This document shows, in pieces, positions 1-9,782 of a stretch of 64,000 bases of DNA. Source of the stretch: an uncultured Actinomycetes bacterium. Its GTDB lineage: Bacteria; Actinomycetota; Actinomycetes; Streptosporangiales; Streptosporangiaceae. The notes under the pieces were generated by a model. It was not told the DNA's origin. It saw nothing but the letters and a program-made list of their open reading frames with translations, and ran no database searches. The stretch covers positions 87,559-151,558 of the forward strand of contig CAWFXW010000024.1 in assembly GCA_963819785.1 (NCBI GenBank), written 5' to 3'. Position numbers and translations under genes: made by a program. The first letter of the stretch is position 1, and the number at the start of each line of letters is the position of its first letter.

Positions 1-936
1 CAGGCCATCGGCCCGCTGCCGCGCCGGCACGGCATGCTCGGCGTGCTCCTCACCGAGGGCAAGCCCGAACGCCTCGCCGATATCCGCGACGACCCGCGGT
101 TCTGGGGCTGGCCGTCGGCGCACCCGCAGATGTCGCACTTCCTCGGGGTGCCGGTGCGCGACGGCGACCAGGTGCTCGGCATCATCTGCGCGGCCAACAA
201 GATCTCCGTCGCCGCGGAGAAGCATGGCTTCACCGAACGTGACCAGGAGATCTTGTCCCTGTTCGCCGCGCACGCGGCCATCGCGCTGACCAACGCCCGG
301 CTGTACGAGCGCAGCCGGGAGCTCAGCGTCATGCAGGAACGGTCACGGCTGGCCCGCGACCTGCACGACGCGGTCACGCAGAAGCTGTTCAGCATCCGGG
401 CGCACGCCCGGGCCGCCGCGGTGCTGGCCGGGCGGGAGCCGTTCGACGCGGGCCGGGTCAAGGCCGAGATCGAGACGGTGGCCTCCCTCGGCGCCGAGGC
501 CCACGCCGAGCTGCGCGCGGTCATCGACGGGCTGGCCCCGCCCGATCTGGCGGCCGGCGGCCTGGCCGAGTCGCTGCGCAGGTACGCGGTGCTGGCCGGG
601 CGCGCGCACGGCATCCCGGTCACGTTCACCGCCGCCGGGCTTCCCGCCCTCCAGCAGGACCAGGAGGCGGCCCTGTACCGCGTCGCCCAGGAGGCCCTGC
701 ACAACGCGCTGCAGCACTCGGGCGCGGCCGCGGTCCGGGTCCGCCTGACCCGGTCCGCCCGCCGGGTCAACCTGGAGGTCGGCGACGACGGCCACGGCTT
801 CACCCCGCAGGCGCCGTCCGGCGGCGTCGGCCTGGTCTCGATGCGCGAGCGCGCGGCCGCGGCCGGCGGCACGCTGGCCATCAAGTCCGGGGCCGGCGGG
901 ACCCTGGTTCGGATGACCGTGCCGGTCAGGGGGTGA
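1..936 (+). CDS. GAF-domain sensor histidine kinase (HisKA_3/NarL-partner type), 5' end outside the window
   Basis: The frame is open from nt 1. It has a GAF-like N-part (GVPVRDGDQVLGIICAANK), an H-box (ARDLHDAVTQKLF) and HATPase boxes (DDGHGF, GGVGLVSMRERA). It stops 4 nt before the LuxR-type regulator. Confidence 0.9.
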   Translation, partial: QAIGPLPRRHGMLGVLLTEGKPERLADIRDDPRFWGWPSAHPQMSHFLGVPVRDGDQVLGIICAANKISVAAEKHGFTERDQEILSLFAAHAAIALTNARLYERSRELSVMQERSRLARDLHDAVTQKLFSIRAHARAAAVLAGREPFDAGRVKAEIETVASLGAEAHAELRAVIDGLAPPDLAAGGLAESLRRYAVLAGRAHGIPVTFTAAGLPALQQDQEAALYRVAQEALHNALQHSGAAAVRVRLTRSARRVNLEVGDDGHGFTPQAPSGGVGLVSMRERAAAAGGTLAIKSGAGGTLVRMTVPVRG

Positions 937-939
937 GCC

Positions 940-1581
940 GTGCCCATCCGCGTGCTGATCGTCGACGACCACCCGGTGGTCCGGCAGGGCCTGCGCGTCC
1001 TGCTCGAGGTGCAGGACGGCATCGAGGTGGCCGGGGAGGCCGGGGACGGCCCGGCCGCGCTCAAGCTGACCGCGGAGCAAGCACCCGACGTCGTCCTGCT
1101 CGACCTCAAGCTGCCCGGCATGGACGGCCTGACCGTGCTCGCCGAGCTGCGCAGTGCCGAGTTGCGTGGGGCCGGCGCCCGGGCCAAGATCCTGGTCCTG
1201 ACCAGCGCCACCGACCCGGTCGCGGCGGGCCAGGCCATGAGAGCGGGCGCGGCGGGCGTGCTGTACAAGGACGTCGACCCGGACGCGCTGGTCCGCGCGA
1301 TCCGCGCGGTGCACGACGGCCACCTGCTGCTCGCCCCCGAGGCCGCCTACAGCCTGCTCAGCTCGAAGAACCAGGCCCCGGGCCTGGACGCGCTCACCGT
1401 CCGCGAGCGGGAGGTCCTGGCCGAACTGGCCAAGGGCCGCTCCAACCGCGAGATCGCCCGCGCCCTGCACGTCGCGGAGAAGACGGTCAAGGCGCACGTC
1501 AGCTCGGTGCTGGCCAAGCTCGGCGTGCAGGACCGCACCCAGGCCGCGCTGTTCGCGGTCCGCCACGAGCGCCCAGCCTGA
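940..1581 (+). CDS. LuxR/NarL-family response regulator
   Basis: REC domain (VLIVDDHPVV, DVVLLDLKLPGMDG) plus a C-terminal LuxR HTH (REREVLAELAKGRSNREIARALHVAEKTVKAHV). Confidence 0.93.
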   Translation: MPIRVLIVDDHPVVRQGLRVLLEVQDGIEVAGEAGDGPAALKLTAEQAPDVVLLDLKLPGMDGLTVLAELRSAELRGAGARAKILVLTSATDPVAAGQAMRAGAAGVLYKDVDPDALVRAIRAVHDGHLLLAPEAAYSLLSSKNQAPGLDALTVREREVLAELAKGRSNREIARALHVAEKTVKAHVSSVLAKLGVQDRTQAALFAVRHERPA

Positions 1582-1615
1582 TCACCGGGCCTGATCACCG
1601 GGCCTGATCACCGGG
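1577..1615. repeat. 13-bp x3 perfect tandem repeat (cctgatcaccggg)
   Basis: Read directly. The first unit contains the regulator's TGA stop. The 13-bp period places a TGA in each of the three frames. Confidence 0.9.
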
Positions 1616-1736
1616 GCGCGGCGAAAGGGCCGCGATAACCTGGGCCGAGCGGGCTCCGGTGACATAGGTTCAGTCTCGTCGGGATAACAACCGATGGCAC
1701 AGCGAGCTGCGGCACGACGAGCGGAAGGGGCCCCCT

Positions 1737-2522
1737 ATGTCCGACGAGGTGCTGCGGCTTCGCGGAGTGGAGGTCCGGCGGGACGCGGCGGTCCTGCTCC
1801 GCAACGTCGACTGGACGGCGCACGAGAACGAGCGCTGGATCCTCATCGGCCCGAACGGCGCGGGCAAGACCACCCTGCTCCAGGTGGCAGCGACCACGTT
1901 GTTCCCGACCCAGGGCACGGTCGACGTGCTCGGTCAGCGGATGGGCGAGGCCGACGTCTTCGACCTGCGGCCCCGGATCGGGCTGACCAGCGCCGCCGTC
2001 GCCGAACAGGTCCCGCCGAACGAGAAGGTCATCGACCTGGTGCTCACCGCCGCCTACGCCATCCTCGGCCGGTGGAAGGAGGACTACGACTCCGCCGACG
2101 TCACCCGCGCTGTCGAACTGCTCGACGCGCTCGGCTGCGCGCACCTGATCCGGCGCCGGTTCGCCACCTTGTCCGAGGGCGAGCGCAAGCGGGTCCAGAT
2201 CGCCCGGGCCCTGATGCCCGACCCCGAGCTGCTGCTGCTCGACGAGCCGGCCGCGGGCCTGGACCTGGGCGGCCGCGAGGACCTGCTGCGCCGCCTGACC
2301 CAGCTCGCCCGCGACCCCAAGGCGCCGATGATGGTGCTGGTCACCCACCACGTGGAAGAGGTCCCTGACGGCTTCACCCACGCCATGCTGCTGCGCCGCG
2401 GGTCGGTGCTGGCCGCGGGGCCGGTCGCTGAGGTGTTCACCGCGCGGAACCTGTCCCGGTGCTTCGGCGTCCAGCTCGAGATCGAGCAGCGCGGCGCCCG
2501 CTGGACCGCCCGCGCAAAGTAA
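1737..2522 (+). CDS. ABC transporter ATP-binding protein (solitary ATPase)
   Basis: Walker A (GPNGAGKTT), signature (LSEGERKR) and Walker B (LLLLDEP). There is no adjacent permease gene. Confidence 0.9.
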   Translation: MSDEVLRLRGVEVRRDAAVLLRNVDWTAHENERWILIGPNGAGKTTLLQVAATTLFPTQGTVDVLGQRMGEADVFDLRPRIGLTSAAVAEQVPPNEKVIDLVLTAAYAILGRWKEDYDSADVTRAVELLDALGCAHLIRRRFATLSEGERKRVQIARALMPDPELLLLDEPAAGLDLGGREDLLRRLTQLARDPKAPMMVLVTHHVEEVPDGFTHAMLLRRGSVLAAGPVAEVFTARNLSRCFGVQLEIEQRGARWTARAK

Positions 2523-2604
2523 CCGCTCTGGCTGAACCCGCTCGCGGTCTGTAACTTAGCAAGTAAGCCCCGGAAACCCGCCGGGCCGCGGAGTGGAGCC
2601 AAGC

Positions 2605-3855
2605 ATGAGCACTCTCGTCGCGACCATCCTGCTCGTCGTCCTCGTCGCTCTTATCGCCCTGGTCATCGCCCGGTCGGTCCGCATCATCCCGCAGGCCCGG
2701 GCGGGGATCGTGGAGCGGTTCGGCCGGTATCACCGCACGCTGAACGCGGGCCTGAACATGGTGGTGCCGTTCGTCGACCGGCTGCTTCCGCAGCTCGACC
2801 TGCGGGAGCAGGTGTTCAGCTTCCCGCCGCAGCCGGTCATCACCCGGGACAACCTGGTCGTCGGCATCGACACGGTGATCTACTTCCAGGTCACCGACCC
2901 CAAGGCCGCGACCTACGAGGTGGCCAACCGCGACCTCGCGGTGGAGCAGCTGACCGTGACCACGCTGCGCAACGTGGTCGGCGGCATGGACCTGGAGACC
3001 GCGCTGACCTCCCGCGACCAGATCAACCACGAGCTGCGCCGGGAACTGGACGAGGCGACCGGCAGGTGGGGCATCCGGGTCGGCCGGGTCGAGCTCAAGG
3101 CCATCGAGCCGCCCTCCTCCATCCAGGACTCGATGGAGAAGCAGATGCGCGCCGACCGGGACAAGCGGGCCGCGATCTTGTCCGCCGAGGGCACCAAGCA
3201 GTCCGCCATCCTGGGCGCCGAGGGCGAGCGCCAGGCGGCCGTGCTCAAGGCCCGCGGTGAGTCCGAGGCCTTGATGCTGCGCGCCGAGGCCGAGGCCAAG
3301 GCCCAGGCGGTGCGGGCCCGCGGCCAGGCCGAGGCGATCACCACGGTGTTCCGCGCCATCCACGAGGGCAACCCGGACCAGCGGCTGCTCGCCTACCAGT
3401 ACATGCAGATGCTGCCGCAGATCGCCCAGGGCGACGCGAACAAGCTCTGGATCGTGCCCAGCGAGATCGGCAAGGCCCTGGAGGGCATCGGCGGCCTGGT
3501 CAGCTCCCTCGGCGCCCAGCCCGCCCCCGCGCCCGCGCCGGCCCCGCAGCCCCTGCCGGCCCCGCCGCCCGTACCGGTCCCGTCCGCACCGGTCCCGCTG
3601 CCCGTTCCGGCCCCGTCTGTACCGGCCCCGTCTGTACCGGTCCCGTCTGTACCGGCCTCGTCAGTACCGGCCTCATCAGGGCCGGGGCCGCAGCTCGACC
3701 CGCCCGTCGGCCGTCACGCGGGTCTCGAAGGCTGGCTGGCGGGCAGTGGCGGGTCCGTGCACGACGCTGCCGTCGGAAATGGCGAAGGTGGATCCGTGCC
3801 AGGGGCAGGCCACGCAGGCAGCGCCCCGTTCGATGACGATTCGTCCCTGGTGTAG
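2605..3855 (+). CDS. SPFH/band-7 (stomatin-like) membrane protein with a Pro-rich tail
   Basis: N-terminal TM helix, SPFH core (RIIPQARAGIVERFGRY...) and a coiled EAEAKAQAVRARGQAEA segment. ATG 2605 behind GGAG is preferred over GTG 2593. There is no in-frame stop before 3855. Confidence 0.85.
   Translation: MSTLVATILLVVLVALIALVIARSVRIIPQARAGIVERFGRYHRTLNAGLNMVVPFVDRLLPQLDLREQVFSFPPQPVITRDNLVVGIDTVIYFQVTDPKAATYEVANRDLAVEQLTVTTLRNVVGGMDLETALTSRDQINHELRRELDEATGRWGIRVGRVELKAIEPPSSIQDSMEKQMRADRDKRAAILSAEGTKQSAILGAEGERQAAVLKARGESEALMLRAEAEAKAQAVRARGQAEAITTVFRAIHEGNPDQRLLAYQYMQMLPQIAQGDANKLWIVPSEIGKALEGIGGLVSSLGAQPAPAPAPAPQPLPAPPPVPVPSAPVPLPVPAPSVPAPSVPVPSVPASSVPASSGPGPQLDPPVGRHAGLEGWLAGSGGSVHDAAVGNGEGGSVPGAGHAGSAPFDDDSSLV
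3608..3680. repeat. 15-bp tandem repeat (ccggccccgtctgta, about 5 copies) encoding (PSVPA)n
   Basis: Read directly in the SPFH tail. The stop codon of the convergent Rieske gene (3676-3678) lies inside the last unit. Confidence 0.85.
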
Positions 3856-4599
3856 CGGCCCGCCCAGGTGCGAGCACCGGTCGGACAGCACGCTCACCGC
3901 GCCGCCCTGCCGGTACACGAGCAGCGACAGGTAGCCGAGCTGGCGGCGCACCGGCAGGCGGTCCGGTAGCTGCTCGAGCCCGCACAGGTCGTGCCAGCCC
4001 AGCCCGGACAGGTGGCTGACCTGCTCGGCATGGCTGGCGCCCGCGCCCAGCCGCAGCGCCAGGTGCCCGCCCAGGTAGGACCCGGCGGTGGCCACGGCCA
4101 GCCCGCAGCCGGACAGTGCCCGCCCGTAACGGGGCCGCCCGCTGGCCCGGGCGGCCAGCGAGCCGAGGAACATGACGGCCGCGCTGGCCTGGCAGAGCGC
4201 GTGCACCAGGCCGACCCGCTGCTGGTCCCGGTGCAGCGCCGACCAGTCGGCCAGCCCGGTGGCCGCGGCCGGGACGGTGACCGCCACCCCGGCCCCGATC
4301 AGCATCCGCGCGGCGCGGTCGGTCCCGTCGAACAGGTCGAGCAGCACCGCGGAGGTCCAGCACCCGAGCGGCAGCCGCACCAGCGCCGGATGAGCCGGCT
4401 GCCCGAACGGCACCCCGTGCAGCGCGTCCGTCCGCGGTCCCGCGGGCAGGGCCCGGACGACCCCGTCGGACAGCCTGCGGACCACCGGGTCGAGCGCGTG
4501 CGCCTGTTCGACCCGTTCGGCCAGGGCCGCGGGCCTGCGGACCCAGCTGGACTTGCGGTTCTTGGCCGCCCGGCGGACGGTGGAGACGGATTCAGGCAC
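3676..4599 (-). CDS. Membrane-anchored Rieske [2Fe-2S] protein (DUF2231-like N-domain)
   Basis: Rieske motifs (CSHLGGPLHQG ... CPWHGSTF) at the C-terminus, a hydrophobic N-terminal half and a GTG start. Confidence 0.85.
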   Translation of the reverse strand: MPESVSTVRRAAKNRKSSWVRRPAALAERVEQAHALDPVVRRLSDGVVRALPAGPRTDALHGVPFGQPAHPALVRLPLGCWTSAVLLDLFDGTDRAARMLIGAGVAVTVPAAATGLADWSALHRDQQRVGLVHALCQASAAVMFLGSLAARASGRPRYGRALSGCGLAVATAGSYLGGHLALRLGAGASHAEQVSHLSGLGWHDLCGLEQLPDRLPVRRQLGYLSLLVYRQGGAVSVLSDRCSHLGGPLHQGRIVIERGAACVACPWHGSTFAISDGSVVHGPATARQPAFETRVTADGRVELRPRP

Positions 4600-4610
4600 A
4601 TATAGTGCCT
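4594..4610. promoter_or_regulatory. Perfect 17-bp palindrome AGGCAC-ATATA-GTGCCT (candidate operator)
   Basis: Read directly. It overlaps the GTG start of the Rieske gene and lies in the divergent region toward the DrrA-like ABC gene. Confidence 0.4.
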
Positions 4611-4745
4611 ACCCGCCCGCGGGCGCGCCCTATCTCGTCACCGTGAGGCAAACGGGCCATGACCGCGCTCGTGTCAGTGCTCATGTCAGTGCTCATGTCA
4701 GCGGCGTGTCAGGCCGGTGGCGGTCCGCGCCCTGAATCTGGACCC

Positions 4746-5708
4746 ATGAGCACCTCAGCGATAGCAGCCTCGGGGCTGCGAAAGGCATACCAGGACAAGG
4801 TCGTCCTGGACGGCATCGATCTCGACGTCGAAACCGGCACGATCTTCTCGCTGCTCGGCCCGAACGGGGCGGGCAAGACGACGACGGTCAACGTGCTGAC
4901 CACGTTGATCCGGGCCGACGGCGGCACGGCCCGCGTGGCCGGGCACGACGTGGCCACGCAGACCAAGGCCGTGCGCGCGGCCATCGGGGTCACCGGCCAG
5001 TTCGCCGCGGTCGACGAACTGCTGACCGGCCAGGAGAACCTCCAGCTGATGGCCGATCTCAGCCGGCTGGGCCCGGGCGAGGCCAGACGAGTGATCGCGG
5101 ACCTGCTGGAGCGATTCGACCTGACCGAATCGGCCCGCAAGCTGGCCTCGACCTATTCCGGCGGCATGCGCCGGAAGCTGGACCTGGCCATGACCCTGGT
5201 CGGCCGGCCCGAGATCATCTTCCTGGACGAGCCGACGACCGGACTGGATCCGCGCAGCCGCCGCACGATGTGGGACATCATCCGGCAGCTGGCGGCCGAC
5301 GGCGTGACCATCTTCCTGACCACCCAGTACCTCGACGAAGCCGACCGGCTCGCGGACCGGATCGCGGTGCTCGACCAGGGCCACCTGGTCGCGCAGGGCA
5401 GTCCGGCCGAGCTCAAGCGGCAGATCCCCGGCAGTCACGTCCGGCTGCGGTTCGCCAGTGACCTCGGACTCGACGCCGCGCTGCGGCTCCTGCCCGGCTC
5501 CGCCCGCGACGACCAGGACGACCTGATCTTGCGGGTCCCCGGCGATGGCGGGGTGAAGTCGGTACGGGCCCTGCTCAACCAGCTCGATACCCAGTCGATC
5601 GAGGTCGAAGAGTTCTCGGTCCACACCCCCGATCTCGATGACGTCTTCCTGGCCCTGACCGGCCGCGCCAGCACCGGCCTTCCCGATACCGAGGAGAACT
5701 CGCAATGA
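4746..5708 (+). CDS. ABC transporter ATP-binding protein, DrrA/daunorubicin-resistance type
   Basis: GPNGAGKTT, YSGGMRRKL and IIFLDEPTTGLD motifs. The ORF track starts at 4659, but conserved sequence begins at MSTSAIAASGLRKAY (ATG 4746). Confidence 0.9.
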   Translation: MSTSAIAASGLRKAYQDKVVLDGIDLDVETGTIFSLLGPNGAGKTTTVNVLTTLIRADGGTARVAGHDVATQTKAVRAAIGVTGQFAAVDELLTGQENLQLMADLSRLGPGEARRVIADLLERFDLTESARKLASTYSGGMRRKLDLAMTLVGRPEIIFLDEPTTGLDPRSRRTMWDIIRQLAADGVTIFLTTQYLDEADRLADRIAVLDQGHLVAQGSPAELKRQIPGSHVRLRFASDLGLDAALRLLPGSARDDQDDLILRVPGDGGVKSVRALLNQLDTQSIEVEEFSVHTPDLDDVFLALTGRASTGLPDTEENSQ

Positions 5709-6448
5709 GCACCGATTCGATCGTCATGCTCCGCCGTAACTTCAAGCACACCGTCCGGAACCCGGTCACGGTATTCAACGCCGTCTTGTTCCCCATCGTG
5801 CTCATGCTGATGTTCGTCTACGTCATCGGCGGCGCCTTCAACGTGGGGGTCACCTACATCGAATACGCCACGCCGGGCATGATCATCTTGGCCATCTGCT
5901 ACGGGTTGAGCGGTACCGCGCTGGCCGTGAACTCCGATATGACGAAGGGGATCATCAACCGGTTCAAGGTGATGGATATCTCCCGCAGCGCCGTACTGAG
6001 CGCTCAGGTCGCCGTCACCGTGCTCCGCAGCCTGGTCGCCATCGCGGCCATCCTCGGCGTGGCGTTCGCGATCGGATTCCGTTCGCCCGCGAGTTTCCCC
6101 GAATGGCTCGGCGCGATCGGCGTCATCGTCTTGGTCTCCTTCGCGACCAGCTGGATCACCGTCGCCCTGGGCCTGGCGGCGAAGACCGCGGAATCGGCGG
6201 GCCTGGCCATCGTGCCGCTGATCCTGCTGCCGTTCCTGAGCAGCGCGATCGTGCCGGCCAGGACGATGGCGCCCGGGGTCCGGCAGTTCGCGGAGTACCA
6301 GCCCTTCACCCCGATCATCGAAACCCTGCGCGGACTGCTGACCGGGGCGCCGTCCGCGAGCAAGGCGATCACCGCGATCGCGTGGTGCGCCGGGATCGCG
6401 CTGGTCGGCTACCTGTGGTCGCTGAACACCTTCAACAAGCGGGCCTGA
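5705..6448 (+). CDS. ABC-2 type transporter permease (DrrB-like)
   Basis: ATGA overlap with the ATPase gene, about 6 hydrophobic segments, and an ABC-2 family-like sequence. Confidence 0.88.
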   Translation: MSTDSIVMLRRNFKHTVRNPVTVFNAVLFPIVLMLMFVYVIGGAFNVGVTYIEYATPGMIILAICYGLSGTALAVNSDMTKGIINRFKVMDISRSAVLSAQVAVTVLRSLVAIAAILGVAFAIGFRSPASFPEWLGAIGVIVLVSFATSWITVALGLAAKTAESAGLAIVPLILLPFLSSAIVPARTMAPGVRQFAEYQPFTPIIETLRGLLTGAPSASKAITAIAWCAGIALVGYLWSLNTFNKRA

Positions 6449-6499
6449 CCTGGTCCGCGGCACGGCGGCCTCAGCACCGGCCGCGCGGCGCGCTGACCG

Positions 6500-9400
6500 T
6501 CACGACGCGAACGTGGCCTCGACCAGCTCCGCCCCGCTCGCCTGCGCACCCTCCAGCGTCACCTCGGCGAACCGTGCCTCGCCGAGGTGACGCCGCGCGG
6601 CCTGCTCGATCCGGGCGGCATCCGGGCTGGAGCGATCCGGCTGTCCGCGCAGGCCGGCGCCGGCCGCGAGCAGCCGCGCCGCCTGTTCGTACCGGCCGAG
6701 GCGGACCGCCAGGTCCGCGACCCCGACGATGACCTTAGCGATCAGGGGTGTGATCCCCGCCTCGGACGCCGCCTGCCAGGCCGCGACGCGATGGGTGCGA
6801 GCCGCACCGAGATCGTCGGCCAGATATCCGAGCAGGTCGTGAACGTCCGCGCGGACGTAGGCCTGCTCCGCGTCGTCGCCCAGGAAGGTGGTCGCGACCC
6901 CGAGATGATGGCGGGCCTCCTCGGTGCGGCCGCCCCAGCGAGCGAGCTCCGCCTTGGCCAGCGCCAGCTCGGTCAGCGCAAACGGCCAGGTCACACCGTC
7001 GGCGTTCCGCTCGGCCTCGGCCATGGCGGCCGCGCTGGCGTCCTGATCGCCGTTCAGCCAGTACAGCAGGGCCTGGCTGGTCCGCAGCCGGATGACGTCT
7101 TCGGTGGCACCGACCTCGGTGACCACCGCGACCGCCTGCTCGTAGTGCTCGCACGCCCCGGCGAAGTCGCCGCGCTCGGCACGCTGCTCCGCCAGCTCGG
7201 ACAGCGCGAATGAAATCCCGAACCGTTCGCCGAGCGCCCGGAACTCGGCGAGCGCCAGCTCCAGATCGGCCTCTCCGTCCGGGCCGCCCCGGCCGAGCAC
7301 GATCCGCGCCTTGCCGAGCTGCAGCCGGGCCAGGGCGCGCACCCAGGGATCCTCGTTGTCCAGCACCGGCTCCCAGGAGGACAGGAAGTCGCCCGGCGCC
7401 TGCAGCATGCGTTCCAGCGGGGCCACCAGGCCCAGCAGCGGATTGCCTTGCTGGCTGCGCTGGCTGAACCGGTACGCCTGGTGGATCCACTCCGCGGCCT
7501 CGCGGCCGTCGCCGCGCCCGGAGGTCACGAAGTTCACCACCAGCGCGTACACCATGGCGCGGACCTCGTCGGTTACCTCGCCGGGGATCCTGGTGGCCGC
7601 GACGAGCAGCTCGAAGCCCTCGGCCCGGCGCCCGCTGAGCCACCAGTACCAGCCGGCGGCGGCCACGAGCCGCATCGCCGTCTGCGCCTGGCCGGCCGCG
7701 ATCGCGTCCCGCGCCGCGGCGCTGATGTTGTCGTGATCCGCCTCGAGCCGGGCGAGCCAGGCCAGCTGCTCGGCGCGGAAGAGATGCGGCTCCGCGGACT
7801 CGGCGAGTTCGGTGAAGTAGCCGAGATGCGCCTGCCGGGTCAGGCCCGATTCCCCTGCTTCGGCCAGCCGGTCCGCGGCGTACTCCTTGATCGTGCCGAG
7901 CATCCGGTAGCGCAGTGCGCCGTCGCCGTCGGTGACCAGCAGCGACTTCTCGGCCAGCGAGGTGAGCAACTCGAGCACCTCGTCCTGCCCGGCCGCGGGG
8001 GCGGCGCAGACCCGTTCGGCCGCCTCCAGGCTGGCCCCGCCGGAGAACACCGACAGCCGGCGCAGCATCATCCGCTCGGCGTCGGTCGAGCAGCTCCCAG
8101 CTCCAGTCCACCACCGCGCGCAGCGTCCTGTGCCGCGGCAATGCGGTACGGCTGCCGCTGGTCAGCAGGCGGAACCGGTCGTCGAGCCGGGCGGCGAGCT
8201 GCTCGAGGGTCATGGTGCGCAACCGGGCCGCGGCCAGCTCGATCGCGAGCGGCATCCCGTCCAGCGCCCGGCAGATGCGCACCATCGCCGGCAAGGTGCG
8301 GGCGTCATCGCCCAGATCGTTGCGTACGGCGCCTGCCGCGGTCACGCAGCAACCGGATGCGCCAGCGAGGATCCGGTCTCGCCGGGGGTGGCGCCCTCAA
8401 CCAGCGCCAGCGGTTCGACCTTCCAGAGCGCCTCCCCGGTGATGCCGAGCGGTTCCCGGCTGGTGGCCAGGATCCGCAGCCGCGGCCTTGCCCGAGCACC
8501 CGGTCGGCGAACGCCGCCGCCGATTCGATCACGTGCTCGCAGTTGTCCAGGATCAGCAGCGCTTCCCGCTCGCGGATCGCAGCGATGAGCCCGGCCACCG
8601 GATCCGCGCTCGGTGCCGCGCCGAGCAGGCCGTCCCGGAGCCCGAGCGCGGCCAGGGCCGCCTGGGCCACGTCACCGTCGGAGCCGCCGGCGCCGAGCGC
8701 GGCCAGCTCCACCAGCCAGACCCCGTCCGGCAGGTCGCCGAGCAGCGTGCGCGCGGTTTCCGTGGCCAGCCGGGTCTTACCCGAGCCGCCCGGCCCGATC
8801 AGGGTGGTCAGCCGGTGCTCCCCGATCAGCTCGCGGACCGCGGCCACGTCGGCTTCCCGGCCGACGAAGCTGGTCAGCTCGGCCCGCACGTTGGTCTTCC
8901 GGTTGTCCTCCCGGCGTCCCAGCTCGCCCCGCAGCAGCCCGAGGTGCACGGCGGACAGCTCCGGCGAGGGGTCGACGCCCAGCAGGTCGGCGAGCGTCTC
9001 CCTGGTGCGCTCGTAGGCGAGCAGCGCCTCGCTGTCGCGGCCGGACGCGGCCAGGGCCCGCATCAGCGCGGCGGTCAGCCGTTCCCGCTCCGGATGGGCG
9101 GCCGCCAGATCGGTCAGCTCCGCGACCAGCTCGGCACCATGGCCGAGCACCACCTCGACGTCGAACCGGTCCTCCAGCGCGGCCAGGCGCAGCCGTTCGA
9201 GCCGGGCGGCCGCGGCGTCCAGCGCTTCGCTGTCCTGCAGGCCGACATCGGCCATGGCCGCCCCGCGCCACAGGGCGAGGGCGTCGCGCAGCAGGCTGCA
9301 CCCGCCGTGCCCCCTCGGCGTCGCGGGCCTGCGCGACGAGACGCTCGAACCGGACGGCGTCGACCGCGCCGGGTTCCGCGATCAGCCGGTAGCCGCTCGG

Positions 9401-9646
9401 CAGGCCCTCGATCGACCCCTCCGGCAGCGCCTTGCGCAGCCGGGACACCAGGCGCTGCAGGGCATTAGCGGTGTCGGCGGGCGGCTGCTCGCCCCAGATC
9501 CAGTCGATGAGCGTCGCCTTCGAGACCACCCGCCCCGGTTCGAGGGCCAGCGCGGCCAGCAGTGCGCGCAGCCGGGCGCCCGGCACGTCGGCCAGCGCGC
9601 CGTCGCCCGCGCGAACCTCGAAAGGCCCGAGTATCCCGATCTGCAC
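6500..9646 (-). pseudogene. AfsR/SARP-family regulator (OmpR-like wHTH + BTAD + NB-ARC + TPR) broken by at least 4 frameshifts
   Basis: The N-terminus (MQIGILGPFEVRAGDG...) is in one frame. BTAD/P-loop (LIGPGGSGKTRLA) is in a second. GITGEALWKVEPL, IRLLRDR and [18 protein letters not shown] are in further frames. The TPR tail is ORF 6500-8071. Frame switches fall near 9300, 8455, 8350 and 8090. Confidence 0.85.
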
Positions 9647-9782
9647 CAGCCGATCTTCTCACCATCGCGACGTCAGGGCCCGGCCCGCCCGGCGCGGTCA
9701 CAACCCGGGGCCGCAGACCGTCTGAGAGTACGAGGCCGGGTCAGGCGGTGACAGTGCGGCAGAAGGCCAGCGCCGAGCCGCG

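Noticed and set aside
343-1566. 407-aa minus-strand ORF across the kinase/regulator genes. Similar long antisense ORFs include 2437-3363, 14242-15897, 17079-19520, 17489-19987, 33465-35162, 43328-45445, 59940-61748 and 61939-62955.
   Set aside because: Their Arg/Gly/Pro/Ala-dominated translations show no motifs. Each is exactly antisense to, or out of frame with, a well-supported gene. This is the typical open-frame artefact of roughly 70% GC DNA.
4659-4745. The upstream start of the DrrA-like ORF (MTALVSVLMSVLMSAAC...).
   Set aside because: The segment is the translated 12-bp DNA repeat and is not part of the conserved ATPase. ATG 4746 fits the family N-terminus.
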